DNA from: Octopus bimaculoides
Taxonomy: Eukaryota
Assembly: GCF_001194135.2 (NCBI RefSeq)
Contig: NC_068992.1
Coordinates: 29,678,059-29,730,952, forward strand
Length of the DNA stretch: 52,894 nucleotides
Direction of reading: 5' to 3'
The position numbers and the translations under genes are program-made. The notes under the pieces are model-generated. The model saw only the letters and a list, made by a program, of their open reading frames with translations. It ran no database searches and was not told where the DNA came from. Shown here one piece after another: positions 37,801 to 49,652 of the stretch (position 1 is its first letter; each line of letters begins with the position of its first letter).

Positions 37801-38067
37801 ATCGGCCGTGATGGATTGCATTTACGCAGTGATATATTTATTTAGAGACTCATGTATAATAGTGAACATTTTGCTAAAATATTTCTAGGTGTGTCGATAT
37901 GTAGGTCTGTAGTAGCTTTTTCAAACTTATAAAAGTTCTTTACATCGACTTCAGTCGCTATCCTGGAAATATTTTAGTTTCTCGTCATTTCATTTATTAT
38001 CACTTCAAAATTTCACATTTTTTTCAATATTCTATAATTGCTTTCATGTCCGTTTGATAACTAATAA

Positions 38068-38487
38068 TGGTGATGATGATTATGATGATGATTATGATGA
38101 TGATAATAATGATGATGATGATAATAATAATAATTTTAAATAGAATAATTATTTTTCTTTAGTAATTACTTTAGGCCATTTCTTTTTCAAATATACCTAT
38201 TAATATATTTATCAGCATATTTTATTGATAACTTTCCTTACATTTTGATCAGTAGTATTATGAGAATTTCCTTTAACTTCAATACATACTACTTTCAATG
38301 CACTTCACTATTCGTCAAGGCATCATTTCAAATTCTATTCAAGTCTAGAATTCCAGTCTAAACTACAACGCTTCCTAAGAAACTATGAAATCATTATGTT
38401 TGGTTGCGACTTCTATTGGAACGTTCTTGCCACTTCTTCCTTCTTCTTAGTCTCCTTCTTCTTCTTCTTATGCTGCTGCTGCTGCTG

Positions 38488-38526
<39 letters not shown>

Positions 38527-38623
38527 TTTTATTCCTTCCTTTCTACTTCCTAATTTTTCTTCCGCTTCTTCTTTTCCTCTTATTCTTCCCCTTCGCCTTC
38601 TTCTTCTTCTTCTTCTTCTTCTT

Positions 38624-38654
<31 letters not shown>

Positions 38655-38668
38655 TGCTGCTGCTGCTG

Positions 38669-38718
<50 letters not shown>
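38068..38718. repeat. (GAT)/(AAT)n at ~38068-38133 and compound (CTT)n/(CTG)n/(CTA)n at ~38430-38718
   Basis: Read directly from the sequence. Confidence 0.9.
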
Positions 38719-39323
38719 NNNNNNNNNNNNNNNNNNNNNNNNNNNNNNNNNNNNNNNNNNNNNNNNNNNNNNNNNNNNNNNNNNNNNNNNNNNNNNNNNN
38801 NNNNNNNNNNNNNNNNNNNNNNNNNNNNNNNNNNNNNNNNNNNNNNNNNNNNNNNNNNNNNNNNNNNNNNNNNNNNNNNNNNNNNNNNNNNNNNNNNNNN
38901 NNNNNNNNNNNNNNNNNNNNNNNNNNNNNNNNNNNNNNNNNNNNNNNNNNNNNNNNNNNNNNNNNNNNNNNNNNNNNNNNNNNNNNNNNNNNNNNNNNNN
39001 NNNNNNNNNNNNNNNNNNNNNNNNNNNNNNNNNNNNNNNNNNNNNNNNNNNNNNNNNNNNNNNNNNNNNNNNNNNNNNNNNNNNNNNNNNNNNNNNNNNN
39101 NNNNNNNNNNNNNNNNNNNNNNNNNNNNNNNNNNNNNNNNNNNNNNNNNNNNNNNNNNNNNNNNNNNNNNNNNNNNNNNNNNNNNNNNNNNNNNNNNNNN
39201 NNNNNNNNNNNNNNNNNNNNNNNNNNNNNNNNNNNNNNNNNNNNNNNNNNNNNNNNNNNNNNNNNNNNNNNNNNNNNNNNNNNNNNNNNNNNNNNNNNNN
39301 NNNNNNNNNNNNNNNNNNNNNNN
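38719..39323. other. Assembly gap
   Basis: N run. Confidence 0.99.
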
Positions 39324-39914
39324 CTCCTTCTTTTCCTTCTTCCAGACTTCATACCTTCATTGTTTGTTTTTCTATATCGTATTCCGTTTCTGTTCAGTTT
39401 CTTTCTCAAACATATATGCAGATCTCACATAAATCCCCTCCAAAAAATGCCAAAAATTCAAAATGAAATAATCAATCTCCAAGGGTCTGAGGCATTGCTG
39501 GAATATTTTTTTTAGTATCTGAAAGTCTTGTTTATTTCAGCACACAATACTTATCGAGTATGGTGTTGCAACTCCATTTAATACACATTAGCTCACATTT
39601 GACCTCCGATTTTGTGCTGTGCTCTTTGATAAAGCTATTTACCGCTTGAGTAGTGTAACATTACTAAATTATCTTCGATGTCTATATATATATAGTATGT
39701 GCGCATGCATTGTAATAGCGCGTCGCCGCATCCACCATTTGTTGAAGGTTCCCTAACAATTTTACAGCACTCAGGCGACAACTGGTCGTTGCTGGTGAAG
39801 ATTTACGAGGTTAGAGTGCGACTCATACCTCAACCTCTTTTAGTCGTCTTTTACGACACACTGAGAAAATGTTGGGTCTATTCTTTGACATGCCTGGTCC
39901 CCACACAGCACTAG

Positions 39915-39992
39915 AGCAAGGGTTTGCTCAAGAGCACAACACGCAGACCGGTCTGGGATTCAAACTCACCATCTGGTGATAGTGAGCGCAAC
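39915..39992 (-). mobile_element. SINE family B 5' part
   Basis: Reverse complement gtgagtttgaatcccagaccggtctgcgtgttgtgctcttgagcaaaccc has a B box and matches 4054-4147. Confidence 0.65.
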
Positions 39993-42900
39993 AATATGTA
40001 TTTGCATATAAATATAGCGTATTTCTATATTTGAACAAGTGTTTTCTTTGCTTATAATTTTAGATTTAAAACTTAAAAACAGTGTGAAGATCATAACATA
40101 TACCTACTTCACATAAGAACATTTATATGCATTTATATGCATTCGTGTCTCTCTTTCATTCAATCTTGTCTTTCGTTCTAATTATGAGTAGCATTGGCTA
40201 TTTGTTCAGCAACAAAACAATATTTATGAACATGTTATTTAACCGTATAATATTTTATGATTATACTTTCTTCTAGGATTAAAATCTGCCATAGTATATT
40301 TGAAAGATGCTGCTAAATTTCTAAATTGATAGCACGTAAAATTAAACTGAAAGCTTTCACACTGCGATCATCGGAAACATAATTTTGGGGGGAACGATGG
40401 ATCTCGAAGCAGATGAAGCTATAAGTAATATTTGTGGTGTTTGTGATTTCTAAGTTGTTTATTGAAAACTCATCTTCTGGTCATCAGCTGAGCGTAATAC
40501 AAATAATATTTAGCATGTGTGCAACTTTTAAGGAAAATTAATTGCAATTTTTAATGAATAACGAATATTTTCTAACATTGCCTGGGTGAAAGCTAAACTT
40601 TAATTGTAACGTGAAGTAAATATTTCTTCTATTCTGCACAATATTTATGTTTTATGTTTGTTTCACACTCAAAATACTTACCTCTATATTATTAATCAAC
40701 TTGCATTCTCCTCTCACCCATACGTTCATCGATCTAGCATTCTATATGCATTACTATCTCTATCACGATCACTCTGTCATTTGCTCGCTATTCATCTAAT
40801 AGTCATGTGTACATATAATTCACCTAACAATATATCTGCGTCGCTATTACATTCTTTTGACTATATACTCGGTCTCTTTCAGGTTATTTCTTTGATCACA
40901 ATTGAATGTTTACAGATGTCTACGATATTACGAATGACGTAGTCACCTTCGTAATATAACCTGCTCTTAGCCAGTAACCCTTTCAGTGAACTATTTCAAA
41001 TAATACATTTGTCATTTAGCTTCAATTTCACACAATGAGTCCAATTGATACCTTTACATTTTCGAAACTAGGATCATATATCAATACCTCTCATGAGGAA
41101 GTATTGATGTCAGAGATGATTATATGTTGCTACTATTATCTATTATGTTGTAGTCGTTGTATTTATGTCTCATTTTACTTAACTGTTTGAAATATTTTCG
41201 AAATACTCATTTTTACTTACAACACAATGTCAGCTAACACAAAGGCACATTCCTAAAAACATAGTATCTAAGCTGTTATACAGAGGCTATCACAAGTTAC
41301 TATAATCAATTAGAGCAGCTTTCTGCTATTCAATCACATTTTTATTCAGTTTTGTATGGGAGGCATCCATGCTATTATATAAAAAATACGGATTCCGCAG
41401 AATAGCTATCTAGTGACGATACAATTTTGAAATCCCTTGAATAATTTGTAAATCACATTCGTCCCTGTGTTTCGGAAACAAGGTCTGAAATATTTGTTGA
41501 TTATTATTTCACTTCCAAACACCATTTATAGTGTCAGTCCTACTCGGCGACATGTGAAAAGTGAATTCTACCATAGCTTTAGGTTCAGCATGAAGTGTCA
41601 ATTTATTTCAGTCATAGGAAACTGTACAGAAGCCCGAATATCTAGGAGGATGTTTGAGTATATATGTGAGTGTGTACATATTTACACATATATATTTATA
41701 TACATGTATGAGTATATACGGGTATGTATGCGTATTGGAGAAGAATGTGAGGAATCTGGTGATAATCTAACGTTACGTATTAGCGATAATTCTCTGCATA
41801 CATTTGTACGTACGCTCATTTCATTATCAATGCGCGACATGCTATGAAACTGCCGCATTTAATCAAGTTCAGCAATTTCTCATTCATATAATTATAAAAC
41901 GTCCTCTTGTTATTTTGTTTCAGTAATATTAACCCACTTTTTTTTTTCAAAATTAAACAGTCAAGTTTAGTAAATCAGAATTGCACGATTTCTCTAAAAT
42001 GGAGTCGTTTGATCAGCAGAATGATTAAATATCGAATGAAATCAATGTGGTATTTATTTTAGTTCTGTACGTTCTAAGTTTAATTATAGGTTTAAAAAAA
42101 AAAGGTGCAATTCAAGTCCTGGACCGACTTAATCGACTGTAGATTTTGTTTTTAAATTACCTCACATCAAGTTGTTAGCATCTGTTTGTAATACCTTACA
42201 TTGTTGCATCATAATTACTCATGACACACATCTTGTTAGTTACTCAAACATGCACAAACATTGTCACTTTGAAAACAGGCCTAATTAAAACTTCGTCTTA
42301 AAGACGTTAAGTTGGTGGCATATTGAAATAATGTATCATTTGCATAATTTCCAGTTGAACATCAGACGCAATATCATCACTAAGAATAGATTATTTATGT
42401 TGGGGAGTCAAAAATTTAAGCTTAGATACATGGATATTTTAGACACTGTTATGAAAGGGGTATTTGAAAATAAAACCCAGTAATATATTTTCTACTCTAT
42501 TGTGATGTTGTGCTTAACCAGTAATGCCGTGAGTAGCTTCGTAGAGTTGTTGGAATTTATAATTACGCTTAAAAGAAAACCTCAGCTGGAAAATTGTTAA
42601 TCGTTTAAGGTACGATATTCTTTACTGAGATAACAGATCATCAAAGAGCACTTCAGTTCGGGCAAGATCATATTTTTTTCTTATTATACTGAGATATTTT
42701 AAACTTTCAGAATAAAATAATATTTTACACAAATCGACTATCAATAAAGTCGCAGCTACATTCCCAATCTCAGTAAGAGGATAAAATCATTACTTAATGA
42801 ACTGAACTAAAATGCTACAAACTGGAAGAAAACAGTATAAACTCAGAACCTGGTTGGTAACTTCCTATCCTGGAGGACGAGCAACAGTTGGTCCCTAATT

Positions 42901-43911
42901 TCGGATTTCTTGTTTCTTCTTCGTTGTTTCGTTGAGGAAACTTTGATTACAGATAATCAGTCATGGAAATGGAACTAATGTAATCGCAAGATCTGAGTTT
43001 GTAGATTATACATAATTTCCAGTCTATGGTTGAATTATGAAATTAATTTCCAGAAATAAAACAAACTAAAATGAAGTAAACTTTTGTTCAATGTGCTTTA
43101 ACTTTCAGCATTACATATTACTACAAATCATTGTACTTTGCAATCACAACACTAAAACCAACACACTGTGCAACTCACCGAATCAGGCTAATTGGCACAG
43201 CTTATTGTAAAACCATTGTAGACCTTACAAACAGTGAGTACTGACATGAATCGCCTGGTAGTTCTGGCGTTACATTTCTAGTGTAAAATGTTATGTTAAT
43301 CAACCTTTCTAAAGGTGACATCTGATTACAATACACTTGAATTTAACCATTTTGTTTTCGAAAAAATATATAAATATAGTTGGCAATAAATCAGTTTATT
43401 TTTATCTAGACTAGATTAATGTTACTGAAAGTAAAATTGTAATATTTTCTTAGATGTTTCCATAGTTCTTTAACATATTGTATGTACATAATGAACAGCC
43501 AACATTCAGGTGTGTGTTCGTTGTGTTTAATAAAAACAAAGAAAAGCAGCTTAAAAATGTTAGATGGATGGAAAAATACGAAAGCATCTATAATATATAA
43601 AATTTGTGGGTAAATGTGTTTATAAAGTTAAAAAATATATGAAAATTCTGCTCGGATATGCGGCACTCAATCTTCTGATCTTTATAGTATGTGGATTCTG
43701 ATTTAAGTAAGTTTACACAACGTTCATAAATATATTTGTCTGTTTGATGTGTGTGCTTATGTGTGATTTTGTTTGCATGTCTGAATCTGTCAATATATAC
43801 ATGTGATTTTGTTTTCCGTGGGTGCACATGCCGATGCATATTTTTTTGCGTGGGTGCACATTGTGAAGCATATTTGAAAAATATAGGAAATGTAAAATAT
43901 ATTACACTCAC

Positions 43912-44045
43912 AAATTTTGTTCCCAATTTATCTACGGAACACCGCAACGTTGCTAATTGCCCTCGTCTGTATGTGACATTGGTTGGGGTCGGAAGAAATC
44001 TCGGTATTTGTGTCGACATGATGCTCGGCATAATAACACCAATTA
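43912..44045 (-). CDS. Internal coding exon: signal-peptide tail and first half of a Dpr/ZIG-8-type Ig domain
   Basis: Acceptor ttccaatttcag|TA (phase 1) and donor AAATTT|gtgagt (phase 0), 134 nt. Reads IGVIMPSIMSTQIPRFLPTPTNVTYRRGQLATLRCSVDKLGTKF. This fits the P-x-F...NVT...G-x-x-A-x-L-x-C-x-V-x-x-LG signature just before the V-x-W strand. Confidence 0.85.
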
Positions 44046-44509
44046 CTGAAATTGGAATTGAATATTAGAATTAATTTTACTATGTATAACGTGTGAGATA
44101 AACATAACAATTTTTCGGTACAATTTTTCTATGTTTGTAAAACAGAGAAACATATAATAATAAGATTTGAAAATCAATACACAAAATTAAACAGTTAATA
44201 AGTTTCCAGTGGTAAATAATCTTTTGCGTTTAATTATGAAGACTATAATGGCAGTCACGAGGATGTAGAAGCTATTGGTAATAATCGTGATATGGAGGAG
44301 GAGGTGGATAATTTTGGCAATATTAATGATAATGATAATTACACTAATAATAATTTTATATTATATCATTAAAATGAACCTCAAGCTCTTATCGGCAGTC
44401 TCCAGTTTCCACTAATTACGAGAGGTTCGGATTTGATTCTGTCTATATGCATAATACGCTGGCAGATAGACTGATACATGCATACATGGATAAATACATA
44501 ATATATATT

Positions 44510-44745
44510 TGAGAAGGAGGTGAAGTGGCAGAACCGTTTGCATGCCGGACAAAAACTTAGCCGCGTTTTCGTCCGTCTTTAGGTTCTTAATTCAAATTCC
44601 GCAGACTGTGCCTTTCATTTATTCGGGGTCGATAAAATAAGTACTTGAAGAGCACTGGGGTCTATCTGATCAACTTCACTCCTTCCTTAATGTTGCTGAA
44701 CTTGTGTCAAAATTTGAAACCAGTATATACATTTGGCATAAATTG
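44510..44745 (+). mobile_element. SINE family A, near complete
   Basis: Head gaaggaggtgaagtggcagaaccg, then ttcaaattccgcagactgtgcctttcatttattcggggtcgataaaataagtac. Confidence 0.8.
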
Positions 44746-45321
44746 AGTGAAATATTCAACTCGTGTTAGATGTGAACTCAAAAAGGCAAACATATTAACA
44801 GCTTATAGGAAAGTATGTTCTTAATCAAAGTGCTGGATAAACAGATATGACCTAAGGATAAGTAACATGAGTGTATACAAATATAAACTCATGCTGTATA
44901 TTTATAGTAAATGCTTTTCGACAATTATTGTAGTCTAATGGAATTTCTATTGAGTTAGCAGTTCCTGCATTTCAATTGCGTGCGTCACGGTTCATATGAC
45001 AAAATCAGCTGAGGACAAGTGAAAGACACAAGGTAAAAAAAGAGGCAAACAATTTTATTTTAAAAACTGTTTCGTTTTGGTTATTGAAGAAAAAACATGA
45101 CTTAAAATTGCTCTTCTCAATATACAACCTGGCTATAAACTTCAAACAACGTATAGTTGAATGTTCTATAATGTAGGTCCGTCGTAATTGCATGTTTCCA
45201 GAATTCTTATATTTTTAGTAAACGCATTCATATTCTTGGACCTTCATGTCTTGTTTTCATTTTCCTTTACTCTTTTTGCACGAAATATATTTATAAAAAC
45301 TGAGGTATATGTATATATATA

Positions 45322-45841
45322 NNNNNNNNNNNNNNNNNNNNNNNNNNNNNNNNNNNNNNNNNNNNNNNNNNNNNNNNNNNNNNNNNNNNNNNNNNNNNNN
45401 NNNNNNNNNNNNNNNNNNNNNNNNNNNNNNNNNNNNNNNNNNNNNNNNNNNNNNNNNNNNNNNNNNNNNNNNNNNNNNNNNNNNNNNNNNNNNNNNNNNN
45501 NNNNNNNNNNNNNNNNNNNNNNNNNNNNNNNNNNNNNNNNNNNNNNNNNNNNNNNNNNNNNNNNNNNNNNNNNNNNNNNNNNNNNNNNNNNNNNNNNNNN
45601 NNNNNNNNNNNNNNNNNNNNNNNNNNNNNNNNNNNNNNNNNNNNNNNNNNNNNNNNNNNNNNNNNNNNNNNNNNNNNNNNNNNNNNNNNNNNNNNNNNNN
45701 NNNNNNNNNNNNNNNNNNNNNNNNNNNNNNNNNNNNNNNNNNNNNNNNNNNNNNNNNNNNNNNNNNNNNNNNNNNNNNNNNNNNNNNNNNNNNNNNNNNN
45801 NNNNNNNNNNNNNNNNNNNNNNNNNNNNNNNNNNNNNNNNN
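45322..45841. other. Assembly gap flanked by (AT)n
   Basis: N run. Confidence 0.99.
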
Positions 45842-46089
45842 TATATAAATATATATAAACAAACAGTAAATGAGTATATGCATATATACGTACAGGTATG
45901 TGCATACCGACATCCACCTGTATGTATAGGTGCATATCTGGGTACAGAAGATTGCAAACAAAACGTAGACGAGAAAACACACAAGCCACATAGAGAACAT
46001 TCTTCTTCATCAGCTACCCCCGTTTTAACACCGGCGTTTCGAAGAGCTGGGTATATATATATATATGTATACATATATGGATCAATATA

Positions 46090-46505
46090 TTTGTGTTATA
46101 CATTCTATTCTTCTCTTCTTTTATTTGTTTCAGTTACTTGACTGCGGCCATGCTGGAGCACCACCGTTAGTCGAACAAATCAACCCCAGCACTTATTGTT
46201 TGTAAGCCTGGTACTCATTCTATCGGTACTTTTGCCTTACTGCTAATTACGGGGACGCAAACAAACCAACATCGGTGGTCAAGCGATGTGGGAGGGGGAA
46301 AACACAGACACAAAAACATTATATATACATATATATATATATGTATACGATGGGCTTTTTCAATTTCCGTCAACCAAATCTACGCGCAAGGCTTTTGTCG
46401 GCCCGATCAAAAGAAGACACTAGCCCAAGGTGCCACGCAGTGGACTGAACCCAGAACCGCATTGTTAATAATGCTAACTACTTACCACACATCCACACCT
46501 GCGCT
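46090..46505 (-). mobile_element. Full-length SINE family C: tRNA-like head, internal (AT)n, 3' domain and A-rich tail
   Basis: Minus strand reads gcgcaggtgtggatgtgtggtaag...ggttcagtccactgcgtggcaccttgggctagtgtcttc..., (AT)n at ~46320-46345, then ...cgactaacggtggtgctccagcatggccgcagtcaag. Confidence 0.85.
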
Positions 46506-46719
46506 TCTATATACATATTTATGCAGTAGATATTTATTCTTTTGCTTTTTGCTTTTATTCATTTCCTTCGTTGTGTAGCACCCATGTATTACTCTATCGT
46601 TCTGACGTGCAGAGTTGCTACGTTACCGATACATAATGACCCCAGAAATTATTGTCAAGTGATGCTGAAGTAAACGCATAAACATGCACAAAATCAAATA
46701 CGGATGCATTTATATAGTT

Positions 46720-46870
46720 ATATGCGACAGGATTCTACACAGTTTCCATTCTACCAACTACACTCAAACGTTAATGGTGAGCGCAGGCATCCTGTAGAAA
46801 ATATCCCTAATCCAGAAACCGTGGAATGAGACTGAACGTGAAACTATGTGTATGGGAAGGGAAAATTTTA
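46720..46870 (-). mobile_element. Highly diverged SINE family C 5' half
   Basis: tatatgcgacaggattctacacagtttccattctacc...ccgtggaatgagactgaacgtgaaactatgtg. Confidence 0.5.
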
Positions 46871-47757
46871 ATTGCGGATCATATCTCTATATATTCTGTA
46901 CAATATACGATGCGTTATGAAATATTCATAGTATACTGTATTACTAGTATAGTCAACTGAAAACTACATTCGCCAGTTGCAACGTATCATTTCGCAGCGC
47001 AATTTAGCGACTCGTAAATTTCTAAATTTTCCCAAACGTTTGTTTTAACGAGCTGTGTTCATATGCCTTACATCACGAGATATAGCCAAACGTCTATATG
47101 TTTCAGTTGTATGGGAAACAATAGATTTTCTACAGCGTTTCACCCAAATCAATTTGAAACGCTGTAGAAAGATTTCAGCAATAAATGAAACAATTAATAG
47201 TATAACATCCATTGTCGCAATGTCATTCATATCATTTGCATTAAAATAAGTTGCCGATTTATGAACAATAATTTCGTTCCTTAATAGAACGTCTCCTTAG
47301 CTGTTTGGAGCGGATTCACGTCAAAGAGTAATGAGCTACTAGTCTGCTATCCAGTTAATGTCAACAGTAGATGAATGGATATCACAATGAACATCGTGTA
47401 TCAATATCCGAGTTCTACTATAACACAGGGAAATTCACTATAGAGATTCTGCCACCACATATTTCAAGAGAGCAACATTTATTTCTTCCCAGTACCCGCC
47501 AGTCCGGCATTGGGGATATGTAAAAATTCCATATAGCATACACGAAAATCAAATTGAAAAGTGCGTGCGTGTGTCTTTATTCATACATATATATATATAT
47601 ACACGCGCACACACACACACACACATATATAAACATGCATACATAAACATACATATATTGGTTTATTGAATTTCAGTGGGGGGGGATTTTTATAATGATA
47701 CTTCATGCCGATTCTTTTGTTCTAATTTATTTTTTCCTTTACGTAGGCATGGAGACA

Positions 47758-47801
<44 letters not shown>
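47758..47801. repeat. (ATCT)n running into a gap
   Basis: Read directly from the sequence. Confidence 0.95.
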
Positions 47802-48603
47802 NNNNNNNNNNNNNNNNNNNNNNNNNNNNNNNNNNNNNNNNNNNNNNNNNNNNNNNNNNNNNNNNNNNNNNNNNNNNNNNNNNNNNNNNNNNNNNNNNNN
47901 NNNNNNNNNNNNNNNNNNNNNNNNNNNNNNNNNNNNNNNNNNNNNNNNNNNNNNNNNNNNNNNNNNNNNNNNNNNNNNNNNNNNNNNNNNNNNNNNNNNN
48001 NNNNNNNNNNNNNNNNNNNNNNNNNNNNNNNNNNNNNNNNNNNNNNNNNNNNNNNNNNNNNNNNNNNNNNNNNNNNNNNNNNNNNNNNNNNNNNNNNNNN
48101 NNNNNNNNNNNNNNNNNNNNNNNNNNNNNNNNNNNNNNNNNNNNNNNNNNNNNNNNNNNNNNNNNNNNNNNNNNNNNNNNNNNNNNNNNNNNNNNNNNNN
48201 NNNNNNNNNNNNNNNNNNNNNNNNNNNNNNNNNNNNNNNNNNNNNNNNNNNNNNNNNNNNNNNNNNNNNNNNNNNNNNNNNNNNNNNNNNNNNNNNNNNN
48301 NNNNNNNNNNNNNNNNNNNNNNNNNNNNNNNNNNNNNNNNNNNNNNNNNNNNNNNNNNNNNNNNNNNNNNNNNNNNNNNNNNNNNNNNNNNNNNNNNNNN
48401 NNNNNNNNNNNNNNNNNNNNNNNNNNNNNNNNNNNNNNNNNNNNNNNNNNNNNNNNNNNNNNNNNNNNNNNNNNNNNNNNNNNNNNNNNNNNNNNNNNNN
48501 NNNNNNNNNNNNNNNNNNNNNNNNNNNNNNNNNNNNNNNNNNNNNNNNNNNNNNNNNNNNNNNNNNNNNNNNNNNNNNNNNNNNNNNNNNNNNNNNNNNN
48601 NNN
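47802..48603. other. Assembly gap
   Basis: N run. Confidence 0.99.
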
Positions 48604-49399
48604 ATGTGTGCGTGTGTGTGTATGTATGTATTGTGCGTGTGTATGTGTGTGTGAGTGTGATTGTGCTTGTATGCATGTATGTATGTGTGTATGTATGTAT
48701 GTATGTATGCACTCAGTGCTTTTTCTGACGAATTGCCTTTTGTGTGGGTGTATATATATATATATATATATATGTAATGGTAAGTACATCGTCTTGACTT
48801 TTTGACTTTTGCTTTCTTTGCTTTTACTTTTGATTTAGTTTTATATATATATGTTTTCTAACTTCGAACAATCTAAAGTGGCCAGGCCTCATCTTGGTCA
48901 TGACTCCTGATTAATTTATTAATAATGATAAAATTTTGGGGGGCTAATTTCTGAAAGAAAATCGGCATTTTGGTATTTGCTGCCGCTTAGGTAAACTGCA
49001 AATACGCGGTAAATTTGAAAAATTAGACATAGAAACACGAACCATGCTCCCTATTGACTCGTGCTTCATATGTTGTCTGATTATTTCTGCTGATGATAGT
49101 CCGACCTTTATAAGATATATAATTTTTATCTTACTAAAATTGACTTGAAACCATGGTACAGAATATAAATTGGTAAATGTTTTTATTTTTCATTCCCTTT
49201 CGAAATTATCCCTAATTTTGTGGTATGTAGTCTTTTGCTGCTCTTTCTAGCGGGTTAGATGTCCTATTATAGGTATCTCTGCATTTTAAATGAATAATAC
49301 ATAGTCTATTGACTGTTTTTTACTCTCGCTAGACCACTGGTAGTAAATAAAATTTCTAAATTTTTTTTGCTACCCTATAAATTATTATATATATATATA

Positions 49400-49560
49400 T
49401 AGTTAGGATTTACAAAAAACGAAATACGAAGACAGGTGCGTAAACAACAAGCAGGTGTATTAGTTTAACGCTCGGGAAGGTGAGAAAGACTTTTAGGTTT
49501 CGAGTCTACGCTCGTCAACAGAAAATAACAGGAGAAAATTAACAGACACAATACAAAAAG
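49400..49560 (-). mobile_element. Penelope-type pseudo-LTR-like fragment
   Basis: Carries a minimal hammerhead-like motif and follows an (AT)n run. Family assignment is inference. Confidence 0.45.
49490..49525 (-). ncRNA. Degenerate minimal type-I hammerhead-like motif
   Basis: Minus strand UUUU-CUGUUGA-C-GAG-CGUAGA-CUC-GAAAC-CUA-AAAG. Stem I (UUUU/AAAG) and stem II (GAG/CUC) can pair, but A6 and the stem III G are altered. Confidence 0.35.
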
Positions 49561-49619
49561 AAAGCTTTAGTAGCTAGCGGTCATATACACACACACGCTT
49601 GCATATATATAAATATATA

Positions 49620-49652
<33 letters not shown>

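Noticed and set aside
43588-43911. C-terminal part of ORF 43588-44031 (VSVIYFTFP...)
   Set aside because: It lies after the gtgagt donor at 43911, so it is intron read-through with no Ig pattern.
47045-47230. ORF MNDIATMDVILLIVSFIAEIFLQ... as an alternative first exon
   Set aside because: The only phase-1 donor is a poor GTTTCA, and the good gtaagg donor is phase 0.
4512-48789. Long ORFs of 200-356 aa in the track (e.g. 4512-5309, 13176-14207, 32350-33114, 38396-39466, 45188-46141, 47676-48728)
   Set aside because: They are open only because they run through N gaps and (AT)n repeats. No real coding content.
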